Source: Octopus bimaculoides (Eukaryota). From it: a stretch of 38,480 nucleotides of DNA. The notes beneath the pieces are model-generated. The model ran no database searches. It saw only the letters and a program-made list of their open reading frames with translations, and was not told the origin of the DNA. Position 1 is the stretch's first letter. Each line of letters starts with the position of its first letter. The stretch spans positions 14,943,434 to 14,981,913 of the forward strand of contig NC_068987.1 of the NCBI RefSeq assembly GCF_001194135.2, given 5' to 3'. Shown here one piece after another: positions 34,081 through 38,480 of the stretch. A program made the translations under genes and the position numbers.

Positions 34081-34371
34081 GAGCGCGTGTGTTTACATAT
34101 ATAAAAACATCAAGAGTCCCCTTTGAGTTTTGAGTCAGTCTTGGTTATTTACGACCGTTGAGTGAACAAAGAGTTTGCAATTTTTTATAAGATGAAAAGG
34201 ATGTTAGATGTATATTGGTGGATTGGATGGAAAATGTTTTTCTATTCTAATTTAAGATATAGGGTTTATATTAGATTCTAAAAAGATATTACTTATGCAT
34301 GTGTTGAGGCTCTCCTGTTATCTTTTGTTTGCATACGAATATTATGAGAATTAATTCAAATGTGTGTATGC

Positions 34372-34409
<38 letters not shown>

Positions 34410-34686
34410 NNNNNNNNNNNNNNNNNNNNNNNNNNNNNNNNNNNNNNNNNNNNNNNNNNNNNNNNNNNNNNNNNNNNNNNNNNNNNNNNNNNNNNNNNNN
34501 NNNNNNNNNNNNNNNNNNNNNNNNNNNNNNNNNNNNNNNNNNNNNNNNNNNNNNNNNNNNNNNNNNNNNNNNNNNNNNNNNNNNNNNNNNNNNNNNNNNN
34601 NNNNNNNNNNNNNNNNNNNNNNNNNNNNNNNNNNNNNNNNNNNNNNNNNNNNNNNNNNNNNNNNNNNNNNNNNNNNNNNNNNNNNN

Positions 34687-34731
<45 letters not shown>

Positions 34732-34769
34732 GAGAGAGTTTGTGTGTGAGTGCGCGCGTATGTTCCTTA

Positions 34770-35152
34770 TGGGTTCGAAAACTGAGTTGCCGATTTTGAC
34801 GCATGAGGTATTAAAAGATTCAGTAATCTTTCGGCTACCAAATAAACTTTATTTTTGATCTACATATTTGCATTACAAAAATTTTAACATAATAATCTTT
34901 CTATGTCATCTATCGTAAATCCTAACTGCCTAAGACTGCAAGTAACTAGATTATTATGTGTGGGGTGCAGTTGAGTGAGACACCAACAAAACTCCTTGTA
35001 ACACCTAAGATGAACTGAAGGCAGCGATTATGGCAACACTCACCAACTTAAACAAGGAGACCGTCCAGGAGAAACCAAATCTGTTAAAATGAGATGTCAG
35101 TATTATTTTCCTTTTAGCATAATTTAGACAACAGTTTATTCACCGCACCCTA
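34770..35152 (+). pseudogene. Internally deleted Tc1/mariner-superfamily (Tc1/maT-like) element with transposase C-terminus
   Basis: 34934-35072 translates DCK*LDYYVWGAVE*DTNKTPCNT*DELKAAIMATLTNLNKETVQE (SPDxNPLDYxVW motif); right end ...CACCGCACCCTA|TA; left TIR poorly conserved. Confidence 0.7.
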
Positions 35153-35172
35153 TACATACATACATACATACA

Positions 35173-35208
<36 letters not shown>

Positions 35209-35215
35209 TATATCT
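35152..35215. repeat. (TACA)n then (TA)n
   Basis: Directly visible. Confidence 0.95.
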
Positions 35216-36180
35216 GTTAAAGTCTGTCATACCGGCCATGATGAAATACCACAAGGTATAGAAAATACGTATTCGCCTTTATATATTTAATCCTTTTTAT
35301 TGAACACTCAATATTTCATCTATTCAATAAGACATATTCCATATATTCAATAAGACATTCAATACTTTATTTCATAGTACCATCCATTTTTATTTTATAT
35401 TATATATTGTATATTATATTATATATTGTATATTCCANNNNNNNNNNNNNNNNNNNNNNNNNNNNNNNNNNNNNNNNNNNNNNNNNNNNNNNNNNNNNNN
35501 NNNNNNNNNNNNNNNNNNNNNNNNNNNNNNNNNNNNNNNNNNNNNNNNNNNNNNNNNNNNNNNNNNNNNNNNNNNNNNNNNNNNNNNNNNNNNNNNNNNN
35601 NNNNNNNNNNNNNNNNNNNNNNNNNNNNNNNNNNNNNNNNNNNNNNNNNNNNNNNNNNNNNNNNNNNNNNNNNNNNNNNNNNNNNNNNNNNNNNNNNNNN
35701 NNNNNNNNNNNNNNNNNNNNNNNNNNNNNNNNNNNNNNNNNNNNNNNNNNNNNNNNNNNNNNNNNNNNNNNNNNNNNNNNNNNNNNNNNNNNNNNNNNNN
35801 NNNNNNNNNNNNNNNNNNNNNNNNNNNNNNNNNNNNNNNNNNNNNNNNNNNNNNNNNNNNNNNNNNNNNNNNNNNNNNNNNNNNNNNNNNNNNNNNNNNN
35901 NNNNNNNNNNNNNNNNNNNNNNNNNNNNNNNNNNNNNNNNNNNNNNNNNNNNNNNNNNNNNNNNNNNNNNNNNNNNNNNNNNNNNNNNNNNNNNNNNNNN
36001 NNNNNNNNNNNNNNNNNNNNNNNNNNNNNNNNNNNNNNNNNNNNNNNNNNNNNNNNNNNNNNNNNNNNNNNNNNNNNNNNNNNNNNNNNNNNNNNNNNNN
36101 NNNNNNNNNNNNNNNNNNNNNNNNNNNNNNNNNNNNNNNNNNNNNNNNNNNNNNNNNNNNNNNNNNNNNNNNNNNNNNNN

Positions 36181-36223
<43 letters not shown>

Positions 36224-36646
36224 CATAGATACATGGATACACACATATATATACCTGCACATTTAAGCGGGTGTACATTATACGTAGATACAGGTGTATA
36301 TATGGAACACAATACAAATATATGAATGCATTAGAACAATTTAGAAAAATCTTGTCTACATTCGGATGTATGTTTTCTGCATTTATGTATCGGAGTTGAG
36401 TATGACCTTATCTATATATTTTTGTGCATGTGTCTGCATGCGTACGTGTGTGTGCGTGTGTTTGTGTATGTGTGCATGTGTGTGTGTATATACATACTCA
36501 TGCATCCACCCACTGGCTAGAACTACTAGAAGATATGTACACTAGAGTGTTAAATATACAGTCACAACTACACACATACACATACGCATAGATGTATATA
36601 TGTATATGTGTGAGTGGAGGTGTGTGAGTATACATATGTATGTATA

Positions 36647-37146
36647 CGAGGTTCGGCTGAAAAGTTCATAGGCCGACCAAGACATTCTCCTGGAATATGA
36701 CCAAATGAGCTTTATTTTTCAACATAGAACCCTTGCAGTCCACACACGTCTTCTATCGATGATTTAGTGCTTGGATCACATTGGCGAAGAAGCTTTCACT
36801 GCGATACTGGTCTCCAGCAAAGTGTCTTCTTTTTTATGTTGGGGAACAGATGATAGTCAGATAGGGCAAAATCAGGAGAATACGGACGGCGATCAACCAG
36901 TTCAAAACCAAATTCACGCCTATGAAACGAAGGACTTGTCTGCTGGAACATTGTCTTCTGGGCGTTTTGTCTTGATAAACTTTCGTGTCTGCCTCAGCTG
37001 TGTGGGATGTCTTTTGGGATTCCTTTTGTCTTTTGTATCCCCCTGCAAATGAAACGACCTTGGCCTACTTTGGAGCAGGTGATGAGGGATTTTTCCACTG
37101 CATGTACTGTCTCTTTGTCTCTCGCTCAAAGTGATGAAACCAAAAT
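36647..37146 (-). pseudogene. mariner transposase pseudogene (3' half, with deletions) plus one TIR
   Basis: Minus strand WFHHFERETKRQYMQWKNPSSPAPK, DNVPADKS, PYSPDFALSDYHLFPN, IQALNHR*KTCVDCKG.YVEK*; TIR CGAGGTTCGGCTGAAAAGTTC next to TA (36645-36646). Confidence 0.9.
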
Positions 37147-37177
37147 TATCTGCTAGCGATTCTGCTAGCTTGCCGTC

Positions 37178-37178
<1 letters not shown>

Positions 37179-37244
<66 letters not shown>

Positions 37245-37249
37245 CAACA

Positions 37250-37347
<98 letters not shown>

Positions 37348-37374
37348 AAGAAGAAGAAGAAGAAGAAGAAGAAG
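37179..37374. repeat. (AAT)n followed by (GAA)n
   Basis: Directly visible; runs into gap 37375-37663. Confidence 0.97.
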
Positions 37375-37663
37375 NNNNNNNNNNNNNNNNNNNNNNNNNN
37401 NNNNNNNNNNNNNNNNNNNNNNNNNNNNNNNNNNNNNNNNNNNNNNNNNNNNNNNNNNNNNNNNNNNNNNNNNNNNNNNNNNNNNNNNNNNNNNNNNNNN
37501 NNNNNNNNNNNNNNNNNNNNNNNNNNNNNNNNNNNNNNNNNNNNNNNNNNNNNNNNNNNNNNNNNNNNNNNNNNNNNNNNNNNNNNNNNNNNNNNNNNNN
37601 NNNNNNNNNNNNNNNNNNNNNNNNNNNNNNNNNNNNNNNNNNNNNNNNNNNNNNNNNNNNNNN

Positions 37664-37980
37664 AAACTTTCAAAATACAAAGACCTAGAAATAGAGGTAA
37701 CTCGAATGTGGAATCTAAAAACAGAAACAATTCCTATCATAGTGCGCGCATTAGGTATGATAAAAAAATATTCAGACAAATACATAACAAAAACACCAGG
37801 ACTTACAAGTAAATATAACATACAGAAAATTGCACTACTGGGCACTGCACACATCCTACGCAAAACACTTTCAATACAGTAACCATAAGAGCATCACAGC
37901 AAACCACAGCACATACCCAAGTCATACAGAGCTGCGCTCGGTAGTGAAGTGAAAGCACGCTATAAAAATAAAACTACTCA

Positions 37981-37981
<1 letters not shown>
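37664..37981 (+). mobile_element. 3' end of an R4/Dong-like RLE non-LTR retrotransposon (ORF end 37664-37882 plus 3' UTR)
   Basis: Stop-free KLSKYKDLEIEVTRMWNLKTETIPIIVRALGMIKK...IQKIALLGTAHILRKTLSIQ*, the K..KY.DL..E...W......PI...ALG...LLGTA.ILR pattern; followed directly by (TAA)n. Confidence 0.85.

Positions 37982-38042
<61 letters not shown>
37982..38042. repeat. (AAT)n tail or target array
   Basis: Pure run after the LINE 3' UTR. Confidence 0.97.
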
Positions 38043-38043
<1 letters not shown>

Positions 38044-38480
38044 TACTTAAATAAAATTATGCTGTCTGCATTAGGTTATATAGATATCTGGAGTAACATT
38101 GAATCAATTAGATTCCCTGATGTTGTTACGTTTGAAGAGATACGTATCTCATCATATAATTGTATAATGTGCACAGTGAATAAGCCATTGATAAACTTCA
38201 TATTTCTACACAATTATATATATAATCATAAATATACAGGGATTAGCATTGAGTTGCTTCTCCAACATACTGAAAATTTAGAAATAGCAGTCAAAGAACT
38301 ACTGATTCTAAACTACAAAAGTTCTTTGACTGCTAGTTCTTTGACTGCTATTTCTAAATTTTCAGTATGTTGGAGAAGCAACTCAATGCTAATTCCTGTA
38401 TATTTATGATGATAAATGGTTTTACCGATAAAGGTTTTTTCATACTGAACTACTTGGCAAAATTGTTAATTATTAATTCT

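Noticed and set aside
2-38409. Most ORFs in the six-frame track (poly-CV, YI, HT, LSIY and X-filled ORFs)
   Set aside because: They are translations of microsatellites and N-gaps, with no coding signal.
38041-38440. GIY-YIG C-terminus (KELLILNYKSSL) plus hammerhead remnant
   Set aside because: The similarity overlaps the local inverted repeat and there is no CUGANGA/GAAA core; chance is likely.

Overview
Eukaryotic, AT-rich, microsatellite-saturated genomic DNA from a draft assembly with 11 N-gaps, most of them bordered by (TA)n. The repeat content suggests a cephalopod (octopus-like) genome; this is inference, not a database result. Only one protein-coding exon is well supported: 25924-26522 (+), with AG/GT splice sites, encoding 199 codons of an ANF-receptor/periplasmic-binding-protein type-1 fold with four N-glycosylation sequons. 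It most resembles the amino-terminal domain of an ionotropic glutamate (NMDA GluN3-like) receptor, so most of the window is probably intron or flank of that gene. The rest is layered mobile DNA: four tRNA-derived SINE families (working labels A-D), C-terminal remnants of two restriction-like-endonuclease LINEs (Hero-like; R4/Dong-like within (TAA)n), mariner, Tc1/maT-like and pogo transposase pseudogene fragments, a Tigger-like MITE, a fold-back MITE, a 655-bp long-TIR element with an 8-bp TSD carrying internal (TAACCC)n, a Helitron 3' end and two degenerate hammerhead-like motifs. There are no bacterial-type systems, CRISPR arrays, rRNA or true tRNA genes, and almost all ORFs in the track are microsatellite or gap artefacts. 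I cannot support a new multi-gene system. The best leads are structural: the telomere-repeat-carrying transposon, parallel SINE insertions at one MITE site, a two-tailed SINE with a 70-bp duplication, and a SINE broken by a MITE plus an inversion.
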